From: Planctomycetota bacterium
GTDB lineage: Bacteria; Planctomycetota; UBA11346
Assembly: GCA_014193115.1 (NCBI GenBank)
Contig: BJHQ01000002.1
Location: 3,975-67,974 of the forward strand
Direction of reading: 5' to 3'
DNA: 64,000 bases
Within the stretch, counting starts at the first letter, position 1; the number at the start of each line of letters is the position of its first letter. The notes below the pieces were generated by a model, which ran no database searches, was not told the origin of the DNA, and saw only the letters and a list, made by a program, of their open reading frames with translations. A program made the position numbers and the translations under genes. Positions 8,742 through 17,967 of this stretch are shown one piece after another.

Positions 8742-10628
8742 TCAGTTGGAACGCTCGTAGATGCGCGCTCCGGCCAGCTTGGCCACGGCTTTGGCCAGCG
8801 CAGCTTGCTGGCCCTTCGCGTCGATCACCCAGCACGGCATGGGCATGGCATCGGCCAGGCGTTGGGCGAGTTGGATGTTCGCATCGGCCGAACGCCACCG
8901 CCACCATGCGCTGCGCACGCGGAAGGCGACCACGAAAGGCGGCCGATCGCGGCGGTGTTGCACCACGACCTTGGCGAGGTCGGCCTGGAACACCTCGGGC
9001 TCGGCGCGCAGTTTGGCGCGGATCGGTTCAAGGGCCGATTCGTCGAGTTCGTGGGGTTGCAGGCGAGATCGCGCAGGCAATTGGGAACGCTCGGCATGGG
9101 CCTGGACGTCTTCTTCATGCTGGCGGTCGGCGGCGATCTCAGCCGCCCGCATCTGTTCAAGCTGGCCATGGCGATCGTGCCACAGGCGCTGGATTTCGAG
9201 CACGGCGGGAGCGGCATCAAGATCGATCCTCCGTGCCTTGTCGAGCAGATCGAGTCCACGGGGATCGCCATCGTTCAGCAGGATCCGGCCAAGTGCGAAC
9301 AGGGCCGGGGCGTGCTCGGATTTCGCGGCCAGGACCGATTCGTAGCGGGGGCGCGCGGCAGTCTCGCCATCGAGATCTTCGACCAGCCGGGCGAGAGTGA
9401 AGCGTTCATCAGCGCTGGCTGCATCGCCTTTGCGTTCCAGGTCAGCGCGCTTGCGGAGTTCTTCCTGGGCTGCGCTGTACCGTGCTTTCCATCCTTCCTG
9501 TGCTGAATTTTTCCAAGCAAGATCGAATCGGCGGGCGAGGTCTCCATCGATCATGCCGAGCCAAGCCCAGGCGGAACTGCCTGACAGTGGTGGCGGTGGC
9601 GGCGGGGCGCGATCTGAGGCTCCGGCGATTTTCAGCCGTTCCCGCAGGCACGGATGGGTGTCGGCCCGGCCGGTGGACTCCGCCAGGGCTTCCCGCTGCC
9701 AGCGCGTCAAGGTCGGCTCGGCGGCAGCCAAGCGGGCGGCCAGCCGTGCAGACAAATCTCCAGGCGGCTCCATCTGCCGGGCTGCGAGCAGGTGCAGCTC
9801 GGGCCAGAAACGTTCGTGTTCGGTGCGCCCCATCAGCGAGGTCCGGATCAGCGCCTGGCCGGCAGCCTCACTGCCGGCAACGGTCGCGGCGATCCGGTCG
9901 GCTTCGCGTTCCTGCTGGCGGGCGAGGACGAAGGTCCAGGCATTGTAGCGCGGTGCGTACCAGTCGAGGAACCAGCGCACGGGGCCGCCGCCGTGGCTGG
10001 CGGCGAGGCGTTCGTGCAGGGTGCTCCAAGTGGAGCGCAGACGGTAAATCCAAGCGCCGCTTCGGCCGTGGCCTCCGACCAGATGCCCCAACTCGTGGGC
10101 GACCACGGCGCTGGCCTGGGCCGGGGTGAGCAGGCGGAGCAGCGCCTGTCCCAGGATCAGCTCGTTGCGGTACCAGCCGAGCGGTCCAAGGCGCGGGGTC
10201 TGTACCAGGCTGGCGTTGACCCCGCCGACCACCCGGATGCGGTGGATGACCGGCGCCCCGATCTGCCGGCGAATCCGATCGACCGTCTGGTGCAGCTCTG
10301 GGGCTTCGCTGGTGGTCACGATCAGACCATCAGGGTGGTCGAACCGGACCCACAGCGCGCGGAGCAGCACCCATCCAATCCAGCCGCCGATAATCAGGGA
10401 AAAGATGCCGATCTTGACCATCCCGCCGGAACCGCGCGGATGGTGGCCGGCGAGCATGAAGCACCAGATGGCCACCGCGATCGCAGCGGCCGCGATCAGC
10501 GCCACCAATCCCACGGCGGCGAAGCCGACGGTGGTAAAGGCCATCACCCGGGTCCGGTACCACGCCGGATCCTCGGTGGCTTCCTTTTCCAGGCGGGCGA
10601 TCAGGGCGTCGAAATCGTGCCGGTGCAT
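8742..10628 (-). CDS. M48-family zinc metallopeptidase with TM segments and helical-repeat C-terminus
   Basis: The HELGHLVGGH zincin motif follows two hydrophobic helices, and the C-terminal region is TPR-like. The ATG at 10628 (MHRHDF) was chosen over the TTG at 10646. Confidence 0.8.
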   Translation of the reverse strand: MHRHDFDALIARLEKEATEDPAWYRTRVMAFTTVGFAAVGLVALIAAAAIAVAIWCFMLAGHHPRGSGGMVKIGIFSLIIGGWIGWVLLRALWVRFDHPDGLIVTTSEAPELHQTVDRIRRQIGAPVIHRIRVVGGVNASLVQTPRLGPLGWYRNELILGQALLRLLTPAQASAVVAHELGHLVGGHGRSGAWIYRLRSTWSTLHERLAASHGGGPVRWFLDWYAPRYNAWTFVLARQQEREADRIAATVAGSEAAGQALIRTSLMGRTEHERFWPELHLLAARQMEPPGDLSARLAARLAAAEPTLTRWQREALAESTGRADTHPCLRERLKIAGASDRAPPPPPPLSGSSAWAWLGMIDGDLARRFDLAWKNSAQEGWKARYSAAQEELRKRADLERKGDAASADERFTLARLVEDLDGETAARPRYESVLAAKSEHAPALFALGRILLNDGDPRGLDLLDKARRIDLDAAPAVLEIQRLWHDRHGQLEQMRAAEIAADRQHEEDVQAHAERSQLPARSRLQPHELDESALEPIRAKLRAEPEVFQADLAKVVVQHRRDRPPFVVAFRVRSAWWRWRSADANIQLAQRLADAMPMPCWVIDAKGQQAALAKAVAKLAGARIYERSN

Positions 10629-10724
10629 GCTTGCCGGTATCTGCAATGGCCGGCCCAGAACCAGCGTGAGGCGGCGGGCTCAGGCAGGACTCGCCGGTTG
10701 TATCGGGCCAGGCCGGACGGGACG

Positions 10725-12266
10725 ATGCCGGCGATGTTTCTCAATCTTCTGGCCCGCCTCGGGTCGCCCCTGCTGACCCTGCGCGATCGCCGCCCGCGGA
10801 CACCGGCAGCGATGCTGGCCGCCCAGGAACGTTGGCTTCGCCGACTGATCAGCGATCTCGGACCGCTGCCCGTGGGTCGGCAGTTCGGGCTCGACCGCCT
10901 GAAACGCATCGATCATGCGACGTTCCGCAGCTCGGTGCCGATGACCGGCTATCAGGACTACAGCGCGCTGTTCGCCCGCATCGCCCACGGCGAACGCGGC
11001 GTCTGCTTTCCCGGCCGTTGCCTCGCCTTGGCCCAGACCAGCGGAACGACCAGCGACGCAGCTGCCGGTGAGCGCTTCATCCCGCAGTCGAAGGGCCTGC
11101 TCGCCCATCAGCGGCGCGGCGCCGAGGCCGCCCTGGCCAGGTTGCTTCCGGCCACCGGTCGCACCATCTTTGATGGGAAAATGTTGATGATGGGGGGCAG
11201 CACCGATCTCAAGCCCAATGCCCACGGGATTCCGTCCGGGGATCTGTCGGGGATCGTGGTTTCTCTGATCCCGGAATGGTTATGGGGCTTGTACGAGCCC
11301 GGCCGGGAGGTCGCACTTGAGCGGGATTGGGCGAAGAAGGTCCGGCTGATGGTCGAACGCACCCGGCAGTCCGATCTGCGTCTGGCCTCGGGCATCGGTT
11401 CCTGGCTGCTGATGTTCTTTGAAAATGCCTGCAAGGAGAAGGGTGTCCAACGTGCTTGCGAGGTCTGGCCAAACCTGCGCGCCTTGATCCACGGCGGCCA
11501 TGCCTTCGAACCGGTGATCCCGCAGTTCCGCCACCATCTGCATCCCGAAACCTGGTTGATGGAGGTCTATCCGGCGAGTGAGGCGTTCATCGCTGTCGGC
11601 AGCCGCCCGTGGCGGATCAGCGAATCGGCGCCGCCGCCGCTCGAATTGCTCACCGATCATGGGATCGTGATCGAATTCGCTCCGGAATCGGCGGGCACCT
11701 GCGATCCGGCTGCGGCCGTGCTCGCCGACGGCATCGAGCCAGGCAAGCTGTACCGGATCCTGCTGACCACCCCGGGAGGATTGATCCGCTATCAGATCGG
11801 CGATCTGGCATTGGGCGTCGGACCGGGACTGATCCGCTTCGGCGGCCGGGTGAAGACCCGGATTTCAGTGTTCGGCGAACACGTCGAAGGCTGGCAGTTG
11901 GCGGATGCGTTGGCCCTGGCCTGCGCCGGCACCGGTGCCCAAGTCGATCATTACCACGTCGCTCCGGTCCTGCCCAAACCCGGTGAGACCCGCGGAGCCC
12001 ACGAATGGATCGTGGAATTTGCCTCGCCGCCAAGCGATCTGGCGAGCTTTTCCAACACCATCGACCAGCACCTCATTTCCCAGGTGGCCGACTACGAGGC
12101 CCACCGGCAGGTCCAATTGCATCCGCCGATCATCACTCCGGTCCCGGCCGGCACCTTCCAGGCATTTCTGGTGGCCAAGGGCAAATTCGGCGGCCAGCAC
12201 AAGGTGCCCCAGGCCTGGCCCGACCGCAGCATCGCCGAGGCGTTGCTCGGCTCAGGACGGGCTTAA
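10725..12266 (+). CDS. GH3 (auxin-responsive promoter) family acyl-adenylate-forming enzyme
   Basis: LAQTSGTTSDAAAGERFIPQSKG matches the bacterial GH3 family motif SGTTSG..K.IP. The start was chosen at MPAMFLN. The upstream 357 codons of the track ORF are antisense to the M48 gene. Confidence 0.8.
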   Translation: MPAMFLNLLARLGSPLLTLRDRRPRTPAAMLAAQERWLRRLISDLGPLPVGRQFGLDRLKRIDHATFRSSVPMTGYQDYSALFARIAHGERGVCFPGRCLALAQTSGTTSDAAAGERFIPQSKGLLAHQRRGAEAALARLLPATGRTIFDGKMLMMGGSTDLKPNAHGIPSGDLSGIVVSLIPEWLWGLYEPGREVALERDWAKKVRLMVERTRQSDLRLASGIGSWLLMFFENACKEKGVQRACEVWPNLRALIHGGHAFEPVIPQFRHHLHPETWLMEVYPASEAFIAVGSRPWRISESAPPPLELLTDHGIVIEFAPESAGTCDPAAAVLADGIEPGKLYRILLTTPGGLIRYQIGDLALGVGPGLIRFGGRVKTRISVFGEHVEGWQLADALALACAGTGAQVDHYHVAPVLPKPGETRGAHEWIVEFASPPSDLASFSNTIDQHLISQVADYEAHRQVQLHPPIITPVPAGTFQAFLVAKGKFGGQHKVPQAWPDRSIAEALLGSGRA

Positions 12267-12316
12267 CCGGCTCGGCAAACCGTCGCCCCAATGGGGATCG
12301 GGCTGCTCAAGCGAGT

Positions 12317-13204
12317 TCAGCCCGGCGCTGCCTTTTTGTTGATGGTGATCGTCACCTCATTGCCGGGATCGTTGTATTTCAGCTCATCTGCCAGCTTGGT
12401 GATGAGCTGGAAACCAAGGCCGCCGAAACCTCCGGCGAGGTAGCGTTCGCGGGCGGCGTCGGCGGCGTTCTTCTCGTTGGCTCCGCCGATCACGGCGCGA
12501 TGGTCGAATCCGGGTCCTTCGTCCTGGATGATCAGCTTGACCTGTTGCCCCAGATCGCGCCAGCGCACGGTGATCTTCTTGTCGCCATCGTATTTGTGGC
12601 CGTGGCGATGGGCGTTGAGGATCAGCTCCTTGGCGCAAGTCATGAAGGCATCCAAACGGTCTTCATCCAGGCCGGCGCCTTTGGCCAGGCGGTTCACGAA
12701 GACCTGGGCCTGTTCGATGAAACGGTCGCGGCTGGGGATGACGAAGCTGACCGCCTGGCGCAAGGCCTGGTCCTTGGTCACCAGGTAGAACAGGTCTTCC
12801 CGTGCGAAATCGTGGATTTCTTCAGCTTGTTTCGATTCGTAGTCGGCCATCAGGGCATCGAGCCGGGTGACCTGGCTGGCCCGGCTGGTGTCCACCACCC
12901 GCAGACGCAGGGGGCCGACCTGGACCTCGTCCAGGTGACGGAGCTCGGCACGGACCACATCGCGGCCGTTGACCTTGATGTGCGAATCATCCCCGGCGAT
13001 CTCGATCATCGGCTTGCCGTCTTCTTCGACCAGACGGGCGTGGATCGGGCGCATGTCCGGGTGTTGGGCCCGAACCGTGCTTTCGGTGCCGCTGCCTATG
13101 GTCAGGCCCGATTTGAACGGGACCGATTTGCCCTTCAGGGCGGGGTTGAGGAGCTCTAGGCGAAGCAGCGACACGGAATGTGAACGATGCGGAGGCGCCG
13201 TCAC
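12317..13204 (-). CDS. FHA domain fused to an RsbW/SpoIIAB-like HATPase (anti-sigma-type Ser/Thr kinase) domain
   Basis: The N-terminal part ([31 protein letters not shown]...IKVNGRDV) reads as FHA. The C-terminal part ([14 protein letters not shown]...IQDEGPGFD...[11 protein letters not shown]) carries N-box, G1 and G2 motifs. The start is GTG. Confidence 0.7.
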   Translation of the reverse strand: MTAPPHRSHSVSLLRLELLNPALKGKSVPFKSGLTIGSGTESTVRAQHPDMRPIHARLVEEDGKPMIEIAGDDSHIKVNGRDVVRAELRHLDEVQVGPLRLRVVDTSRASQVTRLDALMADYESKQAEEIHDFAREDLFYLVTKDQALRQAVSFVIPSRDRFIEQAQVFVNRLAKGAGLDEDRLDAFMTCAKELILNAHRHGHKYDGDKKITVRWRDLGQQVKLIIQDEGPGFDHRAVIGGANEKNAADAARERYLAGGFGGLGFQLITKLADELKYNDPGNEVTITINKKAAPG

Positions 13205-13343
13205 CCATCAAGGGTCGGTTGAATCCGGCGGTGGGATCAGCCTTGCTCGGCGTTATGCGCCGCGCAGCCTGCGCGACCCCACCGGAATGGATGGTCCGCT
13301 GCACCCAGCGGGTTGTTCGATCCGCCTTGAAACCGACCGAAGC

Positions 13344-14753
13344 ATGAGCGCACGCACCCTGTTCGACCACGTCTGGAACCGCCATCGGGTCCGCACCTTG
13401 CCCAGCGGCCAGGACCAGCTGTTCATCGGACTCCATCTGATCCACGAGGTCACCAGCCCCCAGGCATTCGCCTGGCTGCGCGAGCGCGGGCTGACCGTCG
13501 CCTTTCCCGAACGGTCCGTCGCCACCGTCGATCACATCGTGCCCACCGAGGACCAGTCGCGGCCCTACGCCGACGGTCTGGCCGAGGACATGCTGCAAGC
13601 GATCGAGCGGAACACCCGTGAGACCGGCATCCGCCTGTTCCAGCCGGGCAGCGGCAAGCAGGGGGTGGTCCACATCATCGCTCCCGAGCAGGGCCTGACC
13701 CAGCCGGGCATGACCGTGGCCTGCGGCGACAGCCACACTGCGACCCACGGCGCCTTTGGCGCCATCGCCTTCGGAATCGGCACCAGCCAGGTCCGCGATG
13801 TGCTGGCCAGCCAGACCCTGGCCATGGGCCGGATGAAGGTCCGTAAGGTCCAGATCGACGGCAAGCTTGGCCAGGGCGTCTTCGCCAAGGATCTGATCCT
13901 GCACGTGCTGCGCCGGCTCACCGCCAAGGGCGGCGTGGGTTTCGCCTACGAATTCGCCGGTTCGACCATCCACGGCCTGTCGATGGAAGAGCGGATGACG
14001 GTGTGCAACATGGCCATCGAAGGCGGCGCCCGGTGCGGCTACGTCAATCCCGATCAGGTGACCTTCGACTACCTGAAGGGCCGCGAACATGCGCCGAAAG
14101 GCGTCGATTGGGAACGGGCAGTGGCGTGGTGGAGGTCGATCGCCTCGGCGCCCGACGCGGTCTATGACGACGTCGTTGCCTTCAAGGCCGAAGACATCGC
14201 TCCCACGGTGACCTGGGGCATCAGCCCGGACCAAGGGGTCGCGGTCAACGAGAACATCCCTGCGGCAGAGAGCTTCCCGGTCAGCGAACGGCCCGGCATC
14301 GCCGAGGCCTATGCCTACATGGGCTTCACGCCGGGCCAGCCGATGGCTGGGACGGCGATCGACGTGGCCTTCATCGGCAGTTGCACCAACGGCCGGATCA
14401 GCGATCTGCGGGCCGCGGCGGCGATCCTGACCAGGCATGGCGGCACGGTTCCGGCCCGGGTCAAGGCGTTCGTGGTTCCGGGCAGTGAAGCAGTGAAGAA
14501 AGCAGCCGAGGCCGAGGGCCTGCACGAGGTCTTCCGCAAGCACGGTTTCGAATGGCGCGAGGCTGGATGCAGCATGTGCCTGGCGATGAACCCGGATAAA
14601 TTGGTGGGCAAACAGATCTCGATCAGCACCAGCAACCGCAATTTCAAAGGCCGCCAAGGCTCTCCAGAGGGCCGGACCCTGCTCGCCAGCCCGGCGATGG
14701 TCGCGCTGGCCGCTGTCGAAGGCCGGGTCACCGACGTGCGCGGATTGAAGTAA
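13344..14753 (+). CDS. leuC: 3-isopropylmalate dehydratase large subunit
   Basis: [46 protein letters not shown] and GCSMCLAMN (aconitase Fe-S ligands) are present. Confidence 0.95.
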   Translation: MSARTLFDHVWNRHRVRTLPSGQDQLFIGLHLIHEVTSPQAFAWLRERGLTVAFPERSVATVDHIVPTEDQSRPYADGLAEDMLQAIERNTRETGIRLFQPGSGKQGVVHIIAPEQGLTQPGMTVACGDSHTATHGAFGAIAFGIGTSQVRDVLASQTLAMGRMKVRKVQIDGKLGQGVFAKDLILHVLRRLTAKGGVGFAYEFAGSTIHGLSMEERMTVCNMAIEGGARCGYVNPDQVTFDYLKGREHAPKGVDWERAVAWWRSIASAPDAVYDDVVAFKAEDIAPTVTWGISPDQGVAVNENIPAAESFPVSERPGIAEAYAYMGFTPGQPMAGTAIDVAFIGSCTNGRISDLRAAAAILTRHGGTVPARVKAFVVPGSEAVKKAAEAEGLHEVFRKHGFEWREAGCSMCLAMNPDKLVGKQISISTSNRNFKGRQGSPEGRTLLASPAMVALAAVEGRVTDVRGLK

Positions 14754-14757
14754 ACCA

Positions 14758-15363
14758 ATGACCATCATCACCACCCTTTCCGCCCGTGCCATTCCGGTCC
14801 GCGGCAACGACATCGATACCGACCGGATCATCCCGGCGCGGTTCCTGCGCTGCGTGACCTTCGACGGTCTCGGCGCCCACGCTTTCGAGGACGATCGCGC
14901 CCAGCTGAAGGCCCAGGGCAAGCTCCATGCGTTCGACGATCCGCGGTTCGTCGGCGCGGGCATCCTGATTGCGAACAGCAATTTCGGCTGCGGATCGTCC
15001 CGCGAGCATGCTCCCCAGGCCATCGCCAAGTGGGGCGTGAAGGCGATCATCGCGGTCAGTTACAGTGAAATCTTCTTCGGCAATTGCGTGGCAATGGGCG
15101 TCCCGGCGCTTCGCGTGGCGGTGGCCGATGCCGACGCGCTGCAAAGCGCCGTCGAGGCCAATCCGTCGCTGATCGTCACCGCCGATCTCCACGCCCAGCA
15201 GGTGCGAGCCGGCGCACTGACCGTCGCCGCCACCTTGCCTGATGGTCCGCGGCAGCAGTTCCTGACCGGGGCCTGGGACGCCCTTGGCCAGCTGGTCGAA
15301 GGCTTGCCAGCAGTCCGGGCAACGGCTGCCGGTCTGCCGTATCTGCGCGGCTTCGCGGCCTGA
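14758..15363 (+). CDS. leuD: 3-isopropylmalate dehydratase small subunit
   Basis: It starts 4 nt after leuC and carries NFGCGSSREHAPQAI. Confidence 0.95.
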   Translation: MTIITTLSARAIPVRGNDIDTDRIIPARFLRCVTFDGLGAHAFEDDRAQLKAQGKLHAFDDPRFVGAGILIANSNFGCGSSREHAPQAIAKWGVKAIIAVSYSEIFFGNCVAMGVPALRVAVADADALQSAVEANPSLIVTADLHAQQVRAGALTVAATLPDGPRQQFLTGAWDALGQLVEGLPAVRATAAGLPYLRGFAA

Positions 15364-15376
15364 AGCAGTAAAGCAC

Positions 15377-16240
15377 ATGCCCGATTTCTTCGCGGTGAAC
15401 GGCCATGTGGTGCCGGCCGACAGCGCCTCGATCAGCGTGCTCGATCTCGGGTTCCTGCGCGGGGTCGGGGCATTCGAGACGCTGCGCACCTATGGCGGGC
15501 ATCCCCACGCGGTGGCCGAGCATCTGCGCCGGTTGTGGGAATCTGCTGCCAGTTTCGGTGTCAGCCCGTGTTTTACCGAATCTGCGCTGCGTCGCTGTCT
15601 GGCTGACATCCGGCAGCGCAGCGGCCATGACGAACTGCGGGTCAATCTGGTGGTGACGCCGGGCAATCACACCTCTGGCGTGTTCGGCGCCGACCGGCCG
15701 ACCTGGGTCGCCATCGCCCGCGATGTGCATGCTCCGCCTGATGCGTGGTACCGCGATGGCGTGACCGCGGTGACCTTCCAGGCCGCCCGCCATCTGCCGA
15801 CCTTGAAGACCACCAGCTATCTTTCTGGGAAATATGGCCTGGAGCTGGCCGAACGCGCTGGAGCCCACGAGGCGTTCTATGTCTCGGACGAGGGCTATGT
15901 CAGCGAGGGTGTGACCAGCAATGTGCTGATCGTCCAGGGCCAGCGGGTGATGACCCCGGACCGCGACTGCCTGCCCGGCATCACCAAGGCCGGCATCCGG
16001 CCGTTGGCCGAAGGCCTCGGCCTGACCTGGTACGAATGCCGCCTGACCCGCGACGACCTGTACACGGCTGACGAGGTCTGGATCACCTCCGCGGTTCGAG
16101 AACTGCTGCCGATCGTCGGCGTCGATGGACGGACGATCGGAACCGGCCGGCCTGGCCGTTGGGCGGTGGCGGTGCGCGAGCGCTACCGCGCCCAGTGCGT
16201 AGCCGACGCGGCCCGCGATGCGCTTGCCGCAGCCGGCTGA
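15377..16240 (+). CDS. ilvE: Class IV PLP-dependent aminotransferase (branched-chain amino acid aminotransferase-like)
   Basis: It shows fold-type IV features (LGFLRGVGAFETLRTY, EGVTSNV, PGITK) and lies directly downstream of leuCD. The ilvE call versus D-amino-acid or ADC-lyase type is not resolved. Confidence 0.7.
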   Translation: MPDFFAVNGHVVPADSASISVLDLGFLRGVGAFETLRTYGGHPHAVAEHLRRLWESAASFGVSPCFTESALRRCLADIRQRSGHDELRVNLVVTPGNHTSGVFGADRPTWVAIARDVHAPPDAWYRDGVTAVTFQAARHLPTLKTTSYLSGKYGLELAERAGAHEAFYVSDEGYVSEGVTSNVLIVQGQRVMTPDRDCLPGITKAGIRPLAEGLGLTWYECRLTRDDLYTADEVWITSAVRELLPIVGVDGRTIGTGRPGRWAVAVRERYRAQCVADAARDALAAAG

Positions 16241-16247
16241 TCCGACC

Positions 16248-16694
16248 ATGGCGGAGATGCCTGAAGCGGATGATTTCGCGCTGCGCTCGATGCGTCCGGC
16301 GGATCTGCCGGCGGTGGTGGCCTTGTGGTCGGCGACGCCTGGCGTCGTGCTCAACGAATCCGATACGCCGGATGCGCTGCTCGCCTATCTGCAACGCAAT
16401 CCCAGCCTGAGCGTGGTGATCGAGGACGGCGCCGTGCTGGTCGGCGCCGCCCTCGTCGGCCACGACGGGCGGCGCGGCTGGCTGCATCATGTCGCGGTGG
16501 CGGCCAGCCATCGCGGACAGGGCCTCGGGCGGGCTCTGGTGCGCCAGGCCCTGGTTGCCCTGGCGGCGCAGAACATCCCGAAATGCAATGTGTTCGTGGT
16601 GGCTGGCAATGCCGCTGGCCAGGCGTTCTGGGAGCACCTCGGGTTCGCCGCGCGCTCGGATCTGATCGCTTTGCAGCGCCGGACCCCGGTATGA
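16248..16694 (+). CDS. GNAT-family N-acetyltransferase
   Basis: The acetyl-CoA motif HHVAVAASHRGQGLGRALV is present. Confidence 0.85.
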   Translation: MAEMPEADDFALRSMRPADLPAVVALWSATPGVVLNESDTPDALLAYLQRNPSLSVVIEDGAVLVGAALVGHDGRRGWLHHVAVAASHRGQGLGRALVRQALVALAAQNIPKCNVFVVAGNAAGQAFWEHLGFAARSDLIALQRRTPV

Positions 16695-17854
16695 ACGGAA
16701 ACAGTCCGATCGGCGAGTTGCTGCCTGGCCCAGCGCATTTCCAGGTGATTGAGGATCCGGCCTATGCCGCGACCGGCACCGGCGAGCATCTGTACGTTGA
16801 AATCGAAAAGGAGGGTTTGACCACCGACGTTGTCGCCCAGGTGCTGGCAAAGGCCTGCGGCGTCGCAGGTCACGCGGTGGGCTTCGCCGGGCGCAAAGAT
16901 CGCCACGGCATCACCCGCCAGTGGTTCAGCGTCCATTTCGGCCAGGAATCCCAGATTCAGGCCGAGCACGCGGATCGCGGTGGCAGGTTCAAGGTGGTCG
17001 CCGTCAGCCGGCACAAGAACAAGATCCGGCCAGGACATCTCGCGGGTAACCGGTTCCGGCTCGGCCTGCGCCTGACCGACCCCGATGCGGCCGTGACCCG
17101 CTTGTCGTCGCTCGCCAGCGCGGGCATCCCCAACCGGTTCGGAACCCAACGTTTCGGTTTCAACGGCTCGACCTTGGCGTTGGCCCGGGCGTGGGGTGCC
17201 GGCGATCCGGCGGCGGCGGTGGCGATCTGCGTCGATCCCAGCGGCCAGTGGAAACCGGGTGATCCGCTGCCCGGCGGATTCCGCCACCCGCCCGAAGGGC
17301 TGGTCCTAGGTGCGTTGCGACGCCGGCCTGATGACCACGCCGGCGCTCTGCGCGCTGCCGGCGATCAGCTGCGCAAGCTGGCGGCGAGCGCCGCCCAGGC
17401 TGCGATCTTCAACGCTGTGTACGATGCCCGCGCCGCCGCAGGGATCCTGCATCAATTGCGTCCCGGTGATCTGGCCCTGGCGGCCAACGGCGCTCCGTTC
17501 CTGGTCACCGACGGCGACCTTGGCGATGTCAACCGCCGCGCGGCACCCGGTGTGCTTGATGTCGTCGCCAGTGGGCCGCTGCCGGGCACCTGGCGCCTGA
17601 GGCCGTCGCCTGCCGTGGTCGCCGAGGAACAGGCGTGGGCCGCCGGCACTGGCATCGACTGGACCTGGCTCGGCGCAGAAGGCCGGCTCGAAAGTCCCGG
17701 CGAACGCAGAGCCCTGGTGATCCGGTTCCGGGCGCCGCCGGTGCTTGAACCGGATGCCGATCGGCATTGGTTGAGCTTTTCCCTGCCCAGCGGCGCCTAT
17801 GCCACTGAGGTCCTGGCTGCCGTCGGGATCGCGGTGCCGGCAGATCGCCGCTAG
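16691..17854 (+). CDS. truD: tRNA pseudouridine(13) synthase TruD
   Basis: An ATGA overlap links it to the GNAT stop. FAGRKDRHGITRQWFSV contains the catalytic KD motif, and the second TruD insertion domain is present. Confidence 0.85.
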   Translation: MNGNSPIGELLPGPAHFQVIEDPAYAATGTGEHLYVEIEKEGLTTDVVAQVLAKACGVAGHAVGFAGRKDRHGITRQWFSVHFGQESQIQAEHADRGGRFKVVAVSRHKNKIRPGHLAGNRFRLGLRLTDPDAAVTRLSSLASAGIPNRFGTQRFGFNGSTLALARAWGAGDPAAAVAICVDPSGQWKPGDPLPGGFRHPPEGLVLGALRRRPDDHAGALRAAGDQLRKLAASAAQAAIFNAVYDARAAAGILHQLRPGDLALAANGAPFLVTDGDLGDVNRRAAPGVLDVVASGPLPGTWRLRPSPAVVAEEQAWAAGTGIDWTWLGAEGRLESPGERRALVIRFRAPPVLEPDADRHWLSFSLPSGAYATEVLAAVGIAVPADRR

Positions 17855-17967
17855 CAGCCTCCAACAGCCGCATGGGTCAGCAGTCCGCGTAGTTCGTGCG
17901 TCGTTTGCGCCTTGTGGCCGTCTGACGGTGGTCTAGCGTTCTGGACACACGAGGGGGGTCTGCGTCC

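Noticed and set aside
9654-10724. The GH3 track ORF extends 357 codons upstream of the chosen start.
   Set aside because: The extension is antisense to the M48 peptidase gene. GH3-family similarity starts at MPAMFLN (10725).
12987-15050. A 687-aa ORF lies on the minus strand.
   Set aside because: It is antisense to leuC and leuD. It has no recognisable motifs and is a GC-rich shadow frame.
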